From a virus: a stretch of 64,000 nt of DNA. Of this stretch, positions 39,145 through 48,182 are shown piece after piece (positions within the stretch are counted from its first letter, which is position 1; the number at the start of each line of letters is the position of its first letter). The stretch lies in IMG/VR virus record IMGVR_UViG_3300024348_000008; one strand, written 5' to 3'. Below the pieces are notes generated by a model that saw only the letters and a program-made list of their open reading frames with translations, made no database searches and was not told the origin of the DNA. The position numbers were made by a program, and so were the translations under genes.

Positions 39145-39351
39145 ATGCCAACAAAAATAAAACCTTCGGTAAAAACTAGAAAACGTGGCGAAACAAAAGA
39201 CACAATAACACATTATTATATTAAAAACATTTCTCAAGATGAATTATTTGATACATTAAATAATGATAGAACTTTTCCTAAAAGGAAACAAAAAATTCGT
39301 AATGAATTAGCGCGAAGAGGCGTTACTATTATACAGAAAGTGATTGAATGA
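39145..39351 (+). CDS. Basic hypothetical protein
   Basis: KIRNELARRG. Confidence 0.6.
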   Translation: MPTKIKPSVKTRKRGETKDTITHYYIKNISQDELFDTLNNDRTFPKRKQKIRNELARRGVTIIQKVIE

Positions 39352-39690
39352 GTGATAAATTTTAAAAATTCAAATTATAGACCATTACCATACGGATTAA
39401 CACTTAAACCAAGTAAAAAACACGGATTAGGCCTATTTGCAACTACCGATACTTTAGAGGCAGGAAAACGTCTTGGAATTACCCACGTATTATATAATGC
39501 AATATATGATCATGTACATATTACTTGGATAAGAACACCTCTAGGTGGATTTATAAATCATTCTGAAAACCCAAATTGTGTTATTTTAAATACTTTAAAT
39601 GATGAACGTGAATTATTTACAATAAGACCAATTATGGATGGAGAAGAACTTACAGTATATTATACTTTGGAAGAATATTATGACGAGTAA
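39352..39690 (+). CDS. SET-domain protein
   Basis: HGLGLFA, FINHSENPN, GEELTVYY. Confidence 0.88.
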   Translation: MINFKNSNYRPLPYGLTLKPSKKHGLGLFATTDTLEAGKRLGITHVLYNAIYDHVHITWIRTPLGGFINHSENPNCVILNTLNDERELFTIRPIMDGEELTVYYTLEEYYDE

Positions 39691-39841
39691 AAATGACATT
39701 ACTGGAGACAGTATAAAAACAAAACATAATAACAAAAAATATCGTGACAATTTTGATTTAGTATTTAATAAAAAAGCTGCTAAAATAAAAAGAGCCGAAT
39801 CAATAAAAAGAAAGAAAAATGAAAATAACAAAGTCTTATAG
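39680..39841 (+). CDS. Small basic hypothetical protein
   Basis: NDITGDSIKT, Y.DNFD..F. Confidence 0.55.
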   Translation: MTSKNDITGDSIKTKHNNKKYRDNFDLVFNKKAAKIKRAESIKRKKNENNKVL

Positions 39842-39843
39842 AG

Positions 39844-39851
39844 TATAAATA
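39844..39851 (+). promoter_or_regulatory. Late promoter TATAAATA
   Basis: Exact match before 39857. Confidence 0.75.
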
Positions 39852-39856
39852 GTATT

Positions 39857-41278
39857 ATGTTTGATTTTACTAATTACATAACAGAAGCCAAAGAAGATGG
39901 CCAAAAACTGTCAGTTATAATCTTAGCTAATTCTTTAGATGAAGGATCAGCAGCAAAGGTTATGGCTGATGTGTGTTCATTTAATGATATATCGTGCAAT
40001 TTGATTGATATCGATAAAGCATATTTAGGTGATGCAGATATTGAATTAAGAAAGGTTGATATACGTAATATTGACGGCGAAGGTAAAAAGCTTACTTGTA
40101 ATATAGATTCCACAATTGTATTTACAAGAGCCGGAGCAATTGCAACTCAAGTTGGTCAAGCCTTAATATCTACGCTTCAAACCGTTGGATTCTTTATGGT
40201 AAATGATCTTGAATCTATGATATTATGTGATAATAAAATGGCAACTACAATTGCTATGAATAGATCAAACGTAAAAACTCCACGAACAGTTATATTAAAT
40301 AATGAAGAAAGTATAGAATATGCACACAATCAAATTGGTAGTAAATTTCCGGTTATTGTAAAAACATTAACAGGAACACAAGGTATTGGTGTTACTAAAG
40401 TCGATTCAATGAGCTCATTAATTTCTGTATGTCAATCATTATGGAAATTTGAAGCACAATTATTAATGCAAGAATTTTTAAATATAGATTATGATATTAG
40501 AACTCTTGTAGTAGACGGAAAAATACTTGGATCGACAAAACGAATTACTGAAAAAGGTTCAGAGTTTAGGTCAAATATTCATCAAGGTGCAAATACTGTA
40601 CCATATGTTTTAAAAGATAAAGAAATAAAAACAATTACTGCTGCAGCAAGGGTAAGTAGCGGTTATTATGTAGGCGTTGATCATTGTATTATCGATGGTG
40701 AAATTTATATACTTGAAATTAATGGAAGCCCCGGAATCGGATCAAATTATAATGCATATGATTTAGTTACTCAAGAATCTTTAGGTAAAAAATCAGATAA
40801 TAAGGTTTTTGATCACTTTTTAAAATATATACTAGACGAAAATAATAGAACAAAATTCATGAGAATAGAATCTGGTTATATAGAAACTATTATTTTAGAA
40901 GGTTTGGAAAATGATCCAATAAGAGCTAAGCTTGATACTGGTAATGGAACAAGCGCATCGATGTTAATGGTTGATGATTTAAAAATAAAAGATAAAACGG
41001 TGTTTTGGAAAAAGAATGGTAAGAAATTTGAATCTAAACTTTTAGGTATATCAAGAGCTAAACATATGGAAACTGTTGATGAAAGACCTATCATTGAACA
41101 TAATATAATATTTAATAATAGACCTTATTTAATACATTTAGGGCTATCACTTAAAAACACGGCATCAGAAATGTTGTGTAATAGAGATTTAATAACACTT
41201 TTTGGTGTAGCAATAAATCCAATGAAAAGGTTTGCATTAACACCATACACGGCAAGAAATGACAAAAATGATCTTTAA
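39857..41278 (+). CDS. RimK-like ATP-grasp ligase fused to a retropepsin-like (RimB-type) protease
   Basis: GTQGIGV, QEF, DIR, FRSNIHQG, GVD, LEINGSPG; C-terminal AKLDTGN. Confidence 0.88.
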   Translation: MFDFTNYITEAKEDGQKLSVIILANSLDEGSAAKVMADVCSFNDISCNLIDIDKAYLGDADIELRKVDIRNIDGEGKKLTCNIDSTIVFTRAGAIATQVGQALISTLQTVGFFMVNDLESMILCDNKMATTIAMNRSNVKTPRTVILNNEESIEYAHNQIGSKFPVIVKTLTGTQGIGVTKVDSMSSLISVCQSLWKFEAQLLMQEFLNIDYDIRTLVVDGKILGSTKRITEKGSEFRSNIHQGANTVPYVLKDKEIKTITAAARVSSGYYVGVDHCIIDGEIYILEINGSPGIGSNYNAYDLVTQESLGKKSDNKVFDHFLKYILDENNRTKFMRIESGYIETIILEGLENDPIRAKLDTGNGTSASMLMVDDLKIKDKTVFWKKNGKKFESKLLGISRAKHMETVDERPIIEHNIIFNNRPYLIHLGLSLKNTASEMLCNRDLITLFGVAINPMKRFALTPYTARNDKNDL

Positions 41279-41408
41279 ATTGACTATGCCAAAAAAGCAT
41301 GAAATTAAGGTAAGGAAAATAATTCCTATATCTAGTCGTACTCGTGTGGAAAAAGATAAAACTAAAGCCATACCACGTCGTGCCAAATATAAAAATATAG
41401 AGGAATAG
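41268..41408 (+). CDS. Small basic peptide (46 aa, not in ORF track)
   Basis: MIFKLTMPKK...RTRVEKDKTKAIPRRAKYKNIEE fills the gap between genes. Confidence 0.5.
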   Translation: MIFKLTMPKKHEIKVRKIIPISSRTRVEKDKTKAIPRRAKYKNIEE

Positions 41409-41410
41409 AC

Positions 41411-41680
41411 ATGTCAGAAATAGACAATTTAGATTTTGATTTTGGATTTACAGCAGTCGATGAAAACGAACTAGAAGCAGTACAATCTATAAACAAAACG
41501 GCCACAACTGTTACAACAGAATTAGCTGCAGCTGAGGCCAAACTGGGCAAGTTATATAATGCAATATTACCATTGCTATCTAACTTAAAGAAAAATCCTG
41601 AAAAGGAGTATATTCTCTGGCCAAATCGTACAGAGAAGATAGAACAATTTGAAGATGTTATTGCTAACATTATAAAGTAA
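41411..41680 (+). CDS. Conserved T4-like hypothetical protein
   Basis: DFGFTAVDE, NPEKEYI.WPNR. Confidence 0.75.
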   Translation: MSEIDNLDFDFGFTAVDENELEAVQSINKTATTVTTELAAAEAKLGKLYNAILPLLSNLKKNPEKEYILWPNRTEKIEQFEDVIANIIK

Positions 41681-41691
41681 AGGACAAATAA

Positions 41692-42132
41692 ATGAATATT
41701 AATGAATTACGTGAAACGCTAAAAATAGATGAAGGGCAAATAAATGAAATCTATAACGATCATCTCGGCTATGCTACTTTTGGCATCGGTCATTTGGTTA
41801 TTGATGGTGATCAAGAAAAAGGTCAACCGGTGGGCACTGAAGTTACCGAAGAACGCGTTTATGAAGTTTTTGAGAAGGATGTACAAACGGTAATTGCCGA
41901 TTGTGAAAAACTACATGAAGGATGGGATACTTATCCTGAAGAAGTTCAACAAGTAATCGCAAACATGATGTTTAATATGGGTTATACTCGGCTTTCAAAA
42001 TTTAAAAAACACAATGCAGCGCTTCAATGCGGTGATTGGAAAACAGCAGCTATCGAAGGAAGAGATTCTAGATGGCATTTACAAGTTACAAATAGAGCAG
42101 AAAGGCTAATGTCTAGGCTTGAAAATGTATAA
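41692..42132 (+). CDS. T4-type lysozyme (GH24)
   Basis: DEG..Y.DHLGY.T.GIGHL, M.FNMG, SRW..Q...RA. Confidence 0.92.
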   Translation: MNINELRETLKIDEGQINEIYNDHLGYATFGIGHLVIDGDQEKGQPVGTEVTEERVYEVFEKDVQTVIADCEKLHEGWDTYPEEVQQVIANMMFNMGYTRLSKFKKHNAALQCGDWKTAAIEGRDSRWHLQVTNRAERLMSRLENV

Positions 42133-42135
42133 ATA
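42128..42135 (+). promoter_or_regulatory. Late promoter TATAAATA
   Basis: Exact match. Confidence 0.7.
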
Positions 42136-42156
42136 GTTATTTAAGAGGAAACTAAA

Positions 42157-42408
42157 ATGTCAGTAACAAGATTAAATGGTTCAGAAGGTAATTTAGCCTC
42201 TGCATCAAATGTGGGATTTGCTAAACTAGTAAGAGTATTAAACAATAAAACTACAGTCCAAGTGATTACTCAAAAAAACGCAGGTGGAACTACACTTGCA
42301 ACAGTAACTTTAGCAGCTGGTGAAGTTGTACATATAGCTAAAGACGGTACAGATACTTTAACAGGAGCTGCTACATCACTAGCTGTTTCTGTGTCATACG
42401 CTAACTAG
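42157..42408 (+). CDS. Small beta-rich late protein (possible virion protein)
   Basis: A/T/G/V-rich; late promoter; GAGG SD. Confidence 0.6.
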   Translation: MSVTRLNGSEGNLASASNVGFAKLVRVLNNKTTVQVITQKNAGGTTLATVTLAAGEVVHIAKDGTDTLTGAATSLAVSVSYAN

Positions 42409-42419
42409 TATGATTTATA

Positions 42420-42857
42420 ATGGCCTACTCGCAAAAAGTAATAGACAGATTTAATAATGTCTTAAATTCTCCGGAGAAATTCTCTGTAGGCCGATTTGAC
42501 CCTAAACAATCCAATGTAGCAACCGGAATGGCCGGTGCACCAGCGTGCGGAGATGTCATGCAGCTACAACTGAAATTGAATGACGACGATAAAATAGTCG
42601 ATGTTAAATTTAAAACATATGGATGTGGTTCAGCTATCGCATCTTCTTCATTATTTGTTGATATGCTTATGGGTAAAACCATAGAAGAAGCTAAACTTGT
42701 AAAAGACAAGGATATTGCAGAGCAATTAGAGCTACCATCTATCAAAATTCATTGTTCTGTATTAGCCGAAGATTCAATTCGAATGGCAATAGAAGATTGG
42801 GAAAATAAAAAAGCCCATCGCCAGCACAATGGAGAGTCTTATGATAGAATTAACTGA
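42420..42857 (+). CDS. iscU: Fe-S cluster scaffold IscU
   Basis: APACGDVM, GCGSAIASSS, KIHCSVLAED. Confidence 0.95.
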   Translation: MAYSQKVIDRFNNVLNSPEKFSVGRFDPKQSNVATGMAGAPACGDVMQLQLKLNDDDKIVDVKFKTYGCGSAIASSSLFVDMLMGKTIEEAKLVKDKDIAEQLELPSIKIHCSVLAEDSIRMAIEDWENKKAHRQHNGESYDRIN

Positions 42858-43158
42858 TAAAGCAATTGATCAATTTACTAAAAAGACCCAAGATCAAGGA
42901 AACGATACTATACGTATAGGATATTATTCTGCCGGTTGTAACGGTTTTAAATATATGCTTGATTATGCTGACACAGTTCATACTGATGATCATGTAATTG
43001 ATTATGGTAATTTTCTTATAGTAGTTGAAACTGGTCAATTACACAACTTTTCTGGATTAACCTTAGATTATGTTTCAGAAGGTCTTAATTCACAATTTGT
43101 ATTTCTAAACCCCAATGAATCCACGTCCTGTGGATGCGGAGAATCAGTCTCATTTTAA
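42841..43158 (+). CDS. iscA: A-type Fe-S carrier IscA/HesB
   Basis: GCNG, F.NPN..SCGCGES. Confidence 0.92.
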   Translation: MIELTDKAIDQFTKKTQDQGNDTIRIGYYSAGCNGFKYMLDYADTVHTDDHVIDYGNFLIVVETGQLHNFSGLTLDYVSEGLNSQFVFLNPNESTSCGCGESVSF

Positions 43159-43178
43159 GCATCTAAGATCTCTATTAG

Positions 43179-43186
43179 TATAAATA
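43179..43186 (+). promoter_or_regulatory. Late promoter TATAAATA heading the curli-cyclase operon
   Basis: Exact match ending 6 nt before ATG 43192. Confidence 0.8.
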
Positions 43187-43191
43187 GTCCT

Positions 43192-43485
43192 ATGGAAATG
43201 TTTGAACTAATAATGGAGGTGGGTGCACCCGTAGCCGGATCCTTGGTTATGGGTTATTTCATCTTTTTAATTTTAAAGCAAATCTTAGGTGGTCTTGTTG
43301 ATTCAATTGCTACTCTAACTATGTTCTGTAAGAGCCTAGAAACAAGAGTAACTACTATGAATAATGAGATGATTAAGATAGACTTACTGGTGAGTAGTGC
43401 ATTAGACCTTACACCTCCTGTAGACAGAGTAGCAAGAGCGTCAAACTTTGTTGAGGATGGTAAAATAGATGCACGGAGGGATTAA
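43192..43485 (+). CDS. Membrane-anchored coiled-coil protein 1
   Basis: G.P....MGYFI TM followed by coil. Confidence 0.7.
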   Translation: MEMFELIMEVGAPVAGSLVMGYFIFLILKQILGGLVDSIATLTMFCKSLETRVTTMNNEMIKIDLLVSSALDLTPPVDRVARASNFVEDGKIDARRD

Positions 43486-43805
43486 TGGAAGAAATTGCTA
43501 TAAGTAATGATCCTACAATAGTCACTCTTATTAATGATTATGGATTTCCAATTGTTCTTGCAGTTGGAATGGGGTATTTTATATATTATGTATGGCAATT
43601 TATATCAAATGAATTAGAACCTCAAATAGAAAAGATGCATTTTCAATTAATTAGGTTAATTGATCAGGTCCGAATGCTTGATCAAGATATGATAAGATTA
43701 CAACAAAAAGTAAATGTTGTACTTGAATATAGAGAGAGACAACAATTCATCGAGGATCTCGAAGAAAAGAAAGCTCTTATGGAGAAGAAAGAAAATGAAG
43801 AATAG
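43485..43805 (+). CDS. Membrane-anchored coiled-coil protein 2 (paralog of previous)
   Basis: GFP....MGYFI TM followed by coil. Confidence 0.7.
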   Translation: MEEIAISNDPTIVTLINDYGFPIVLAVGMGYFIYYVWQFISNELEPQIEKMHFQLIRLIDQVRMLDQDMIRLQQKVNVVLEYRERQQFIEDLEEKKALMEKKENEE

Positions 43806-44337
43806 AATTTTAAATTATATTAATTGTACAATAGTAATATTGTTTTTTAGTACTGCAGTATTAGGAGACGAATTAGTACATAAATTTAAAAGTCCAAGTT
43901 TTAATGGAGTAGGTACATCATCTCATTATTTAACAATTGAAAATCAAGAGTTTTCACGAAGAGAAGCTATAGCAGATGATATAGAATCTGCATTAAAACA
44001 GGCACAACGTGATGAAGAAAATACTACTTTGGCCAAATTTATGCGTAATCTTGAAAGTAGAATATATGCACAATTGAGCAAACAATTAGTAGAAAAGCTT
44101 TTCGAAGCTTGTTCACCTGAAGCAGTAGCAGCAGGAACATGTACAGAAACCACATTTGGTAGTTTTGTATTAGAAGGAAATACAATTACATATCAAAAAA
44201 CAGTTTGTGATTCAACAATATGGGCTTGTACAACTGGAGATCAAGTTATTGTTATGACAATAGTAGCAGAAGATGGCACTGAAACAACAATTGTAATACC
44301 AATTGGCGCTGGAACTGCCGGATCTGGCGACGGTTAA
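43795..44337 (+). CDS. csgF: Curli assembly protein CsgF-like
   Basis: Signal peptide then ELVHKFKSPSFNG; F..NLESRIYAQLS; directly before csgG. Confidence 0.8.
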   Translation: MKNRILNYINCTIVILFFSTAVLGDELVHKFKSPSFNGVGTSSHYLTIENQEFSRREAIADDIESALKQAQRDEENTTLAKFMRNLESRIYAQLSKQLVEKLFEACSPEAVAAGTCTETTFGSFVLEGNTITYQKTVCDSTIWACTTGDQVIVMTIVAEDGTETTIVIPIGAGTAGSGDG

Positions 44338-45305
44338 TGAAGTACTTATTTGGTATATTATTAGTTGGATTATTATCTAGCTGTGCATCATTTGTTCCTT
44401 TTGAAGGATTAGATGCAACTGGGTGTGTGAAGGGGCTAGCATGTGTTGAAGAACCTGAAATAATCAGAATTCCTACACATGATGAATTATTTGGACTACC
44501 TCCATCAGATAAAATGCCAATTGTTGCGGTTTATAAATTTAAAGATTTAACAGGACAAAGGAAACAAAAAGGAGACGTTGCGATGTTCTCTACTGCTGTT
44601 TCTCAAGGTGCAGAAACAATGCTAATAGATGCATTAAAAACTGCAGCAGATGGTAAATGGTTTAGAGTTGTAGAAAGAGTCGGTATAGATTCATTGACTC
44701 GCGAACGACAAATAGTTCGTACAACAAGAGAACAATACGGTCAAAAAGATGACACAGGTTTAGCGCCTTTGCTTTTTGCCGGAATAATTCTTGAAGGAGG
44801 TGTCATAGGATTTGACACTAACATCGAGACAGGGGGAAGGGGTGCACGATATCTCGGAATTGGTATGTCACAAGCATACAGAAGAGATGTCGTAACCGTT
44901 TCCTTACGAGCAGTGAGTACAATGACAGGAGAAATTCTGTTAAATGTACAAGCATCAAAAACAATTCTCTCTATTGCGGATGGTTTTGATGTTTTTAAAT
45001 TCGTGGACATGTCAACCCAACTTGTAGAAATGGAAGATGGAATGACGGAAAACGAATCAGTGACACGGTCGCTTCGCTCTACAATTGAAGCAGCTGTGTT
45101 GGAATTAATATACCAAGGCCACGATAAGAAGTTTTGGGTAATAAAGGATGGGCATCGTCATCCCCACGGAGCACACGGGAGAAACGATAAACATTCAATA
45201 GTATCTGATGAAGAAACTGAAGAAATTATAACCATTCCAAATGATGGAGTTATAATAGATCCAATTCCTTTACCAGATGCATTAAAAGAGGAAATAAGGG
45301 GATGA
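44337..45305 (+). CDS. csgG: Curli secretion channel CsgG
   Basis: Lipobox LLSSC, AVY.F.D.TGQ.K, FSTAV.QGA, LTRERQI.R, D.VTV.LRAV...TGE.L. Confidence 0.93.
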   Translation: MKYLFGILLVGLLSSCASFVPFEGLDATGCVKGLACVEEPEIIRIPTHDELFGLPPSDKMPIVAVYKFKDLTGQRKQKGDVAMFSTAVSQGAETMLIDALKTAADGKWFRVVERVGIDSLTRERQIVRTTREQYGQKDDTGLAPLLFAGIILEGGVIGFDTNIETGGRGARYLGIGMSQAYRRDVVTVSLRAVSTMTGEILLNVQASKTILSIADGFDVFKFVDMSTQLVEMEDGMTENESVTRSLRSTIEAAVLELIYQGHDKKFWVIKDGHRHPHGAHGRNDKHSIVSDEETEEIITIPNDGVIIDPIPLPDALKEEIRG

Positions 45306-46036
45306 GAATAGTAAAAAATAAAACTTTAATACTAACAATGCTTTTATTGCTACCTACTACTGTGTTTGCTGGAGCTAACGATAATAAAATATTATTAGAC
45401 CAGGCAGGTGATACACTTAGATTATACATAGACCAAATTGGTTATGGTAATAAGATAGGTGGAACTATTGTCAGTGGAGATGCAGCAACTGATTGGACAT
45501 TGACTGGTAATACTGTTACTATGGATATTGACATGATCGGAAATCTTAACCAAATATTTGGACCTACATTATTTGATTCTACTGATGTTGATTTATCAAT
45601 AACAGGTAGTTCTAATATATGGGACTGGAACGTAGGTTATGGTGGAAGTGCTGATAGTTCAGTATTAGATGTAGCAATTGGTGGATCTTCAAACACTTTT
45701 GATATAGATTGGGGCTATGCGGCTTCAGCTGAAAGATTGGATTTTGATTTAGACATAACCGGTGGTTCAAACGTTTGGAATATTGATATTAATGCGGATG
45801 ATGTTACTTGGAATGTTGATGTTATAGGAAGTTCAAACAGCTTCTTGACAAATCAATTAGATGGTTCTGATCATTCATTAACGATGGAGTGGATAGGAAG
45901 TAATGGAGATATTGATATTCTTCAAAGTAGTGGAACTTGTGGTGGAAGCATCGCAAATTGTTTTGGAGTAATAAATGCAGACTTTGATTCAGAAAACGCA
46001 ATTGTTGACATTAAGCAAAAAGATACTGGCGACTAG
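45302..46036 (+). CDS. Secreted curlin-like beta-repeat protein 1
   Basis: Signal peptide; repeated DQ.G..N and I.GSSN units. Confidence 0.7.
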   Translation: MRIVKNKTLILTMLLLLPTTVFAGANDNKILLDQAGDTLRLYIDQIGYGNKIGGTIVSGDAATDWTLTGNTVTMDIDMIGNLNQIFGPTLFDSTDVDLSITGSSNIWDWNVGYGGSADSSVLDVAIGGSSNTFDIDWGYAASAERLDFDLDITGGSNVWNIDINADDVTWNVDVIGSSNSFLTNQLDGSDHSLTMEWIGSNGDIDILQSSGTCGGSIANCFGVINADFDSENAIVDIKQKDTGD

Positions 46037-47135
46037 TTTACTAGTTCCTACATTATTATTTGCTGATGATATTGGTGGTATAAGTGAACATAAGGGTAGT
46101 GGTGGAATAATACGCCAAAATGGCGATACCGTACTTACTGCCCTTGATGTTTCTATACAACCTATGGATCATGTAGAAACGGCTAATGGTCGATTAAAAA
46201 TCGATTTTTTGGATTCGTCTGAAGTTAGATTAACAGAAAATACTGAAATTACAGTATACGAATATTATTATAATAAGGCCAACAATGATGGTGGCCTTAA
46301 AATGAAAATGATTAGTGGAACAGCGCGTTTTACTACTGGACGTTTAGGTTTAATACCTAAAGAAAATATAGTAATTGATACTCCCACGGCCACTGTGCAA
46401 ATTCGCGGGACGGATTTTACTACATCTATAGATGAGTTAGGCAGAAGTTTAGTAATTTTATTGCCTGAATCAGAATGTACACTTGATGGTGATTGTTCAC
46501 CATCTGGTGAAATAAGAGTAATTAACCAAGGAGGAACAGTTACTTTAACTGAAGCATATCAGGCAACAATGGTGTCAAATTTAGATACAGCACCAGCAGA
46601 ACCGGTTATACTTGAAAATATAAATTTGAATATGATTGATAATATGTTTATTGTCAATCCGCCAGCTGAAATAAATGAACAAGCGGAAAATGCAAATTCA
46701 GGAAAAGGTGGAGATAGTAATTCTATTCTTGATTTTACTGAACTAGATACAGACTATTTGGCCGAAGACTATTTGGCCGAAGATGATCTTGAATATAATG
46801 AATTAGATATGGATCTATTAGATGTAGATTTCTTACAAGATGTTTTAGTTGCTATTGAAACAATAGATATATTAAAAAGGGGAACTAGATCTGCACAAGG
46901 AACATCAGAATTTACTGGAACAAAATTAGGATATGATAAAGAAACACAATATAGTTCTATTATTGATACTGGAATGGGACAACTTTGGTTCTATAGAGAG
47001 GTTAATGCAACGATCTCAGTTAGAGTACCTATAGGATCAAACACAACATTGGAGAGTGAGAATGAAGGGAAAAGGAATGTTATTACTGTTGGTGATGGCC
47101 AGTCTGTCGTTATCATCATTAAGCAGAGCGGATAA
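45975..47135 (+). CDS. Secreted FecR-domain protein
   Basis: D.V.T..G...I.F.D.S...L.EN and TPTATV.IRGTDF; signal peptide; acidic linker. Confidence 0.85.
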   Translation: MQTLIQKTQLLTLSKKILATSLLVPTLLFADDIGGISEHKGSGGIIRQNGDTVLTALDVSIQPMDHVETANGRLKIDFLDSSEVRLTENTEITVYEYYYNKANNDGGLKMKMISGTARFTTGRLGLIPKENIVIDTPTATVQIRGTDFTTSIDELGRSLVILLPESECTLDGDCSPSGEIRVINQGGTVTLTEAYQATMVSNLDTAPAEPVILENINLNMIDNMFIVNPPAEINEQAENANSGKGGDSNSILDFTELDTDYLAEDYLAEDDLEYNELDMDLLDVDFLQDVLVAIETIDILKRGTRSAQGTSEFTGTKLGYDKETQYSSIIDTGMGQLWFYREVNATISVRVPIGSNTTLESENEGKRNVITVGDGQSVVIIIKQSG

Positions 47136-47889
47136 TACTAATAGTATAATTATAGATCAAGTCACAGGTAGTAATAACCTAGATCTTACTATAGAACAAA
47201 TAGGATATAATAATAAGATATTCTTTTCTATAGGTGATATTGATGATACTGTTATTGATATGAAACAAGAAGGTAATAATAATGAAATAGGTTGGGCTAA
47301 TGATTCCCCAAGTTGGGGATCAGGTGCAGGTTGGGGTGGAGATATTGATTTTGATGATCATAATCTTAAGCTCTGGCAGAACTGTACTCAGACTACCTGT
47401 GCTAAAAATGATATTCAATTTCATATTTCATATGGAGATGATAATAAGGTTTGGTGGGCCCAAGGATATGAAATCTCTAGTAGAACAGATACTAGTTGGG
47501 CAAAAGATACTTATGAAGGTGGTGGGCATAAAGTAACTATTGATGTACATGGAACCAGAAATGAAATAGTTGGTCAACAAAGAAATTGCTCAAATAATAA
47601 TTGTGATGGCCACACAGCACAGATATATATTTACGGAGATGATAATTCTGTCTTCGGTAAACAAAAGGCCGATAGCTCTAAAACATTTAATTTACGTATT
47701 AATAATGATGATAATACAGTAGATTATTTACAAGATGGAAATGCATCACATGTTGCTAATATTATTTTAGATGGTGCTTATGGAACAGATTTAAATCTAA
47801 CACAACATGCAGGTTCTGCGCAGTCGTATAGTTTATCACAAAACTGTCAGACTTCTAGCGGATGTAATATTACAGTTGTACAAGAATAG
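47056..47889 (+). CDS. Secreted curlin-like beta-repeat protein 2
   Basis: Signal peptide; IEQIGYNN, KQEGNNN, YGDDN, LQDGN repeats; paired Cys. Confidence 0.7.
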   Translation: MRMKGKGMLLLLVMASLSLSSLSRADNTNSIIIDQVTGSNNLDLTIEQIGYNNKIFFSIGDIDDTVIDMKQEGNNNEIGWANDSPSWGSGAGWGGDIDFDDHNLKLWQNCTQTTCAKNDIQFHISYGDDNKVWWAQGYEISSRTDTSWAKDTYEGGGHKVTIDVHGTRNEIVGQQRNCSNNNCDGHTAQIYIYGDDNSVFGKQKADSSKTFNLRINNDDNTVDYLQDGNASHVANIILDGAYGTDLNLTQHAGSAQSYSLSQNCQTSSGCNITVVQE

Positions 47890-47892
47890 GAA

Positions 47893-48018
47893 ATGATAAT
47901 AACTATGTTAAATGAACTTTGGCAATTTTGTAAAGAACATCCTTTCTGGGCAGGGACTTTTTTCTTCCTTGGCTTTTGGATAGGGTCTGCTTTTAAATAT
48001 AACCTTGCTTTAATTTGA
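47893..48018 (+). CDS. Small membrane peptide (41 aa, not in ORF track)
   Basis: ...KEHPFWAGTFFFLGFWIG...; TGATG coupling to next ORF. Confidence 0.55.
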   Translation: MIITMLNELWQFCKEHPFWAGTFFFLGFWIGSAFKYNLALI

Positions 48019-48182
48019 TGTCAAATTGGATCTTTAATAAATTAGCACCGTATGCTATAAGGTTTAGAGAATGGTCTCAAGGAAAAACTTGGGTCCAAAT
48101 ACCTTTATGGCTTTTTATATTATGGATGCTAGGGTTTGCAAATCCTTATTGGTGTGTTTATCCTGTATGCTGGATTAATTAA
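48018..48182 (+). CDS. Small Trp-rich membrane peptide (54 aa, not in ORF track)
   Basis: ...WVQIPLWLFILWMLGFANPYWCVYPVCWIN; TAATG coupling to cyclase. Confidence 0.6.
   Translation: MSNWIFNKLAPYAIRFREWSQGKTWVQIPLWLFILWMLGFANPYWCVYPVCWIN

Noticed and set aside
46751-46783. 15-nt tandem repeat agactatttggccga
   Set aside because: In-frame DYLAE duplication in an acidic linker, not an array
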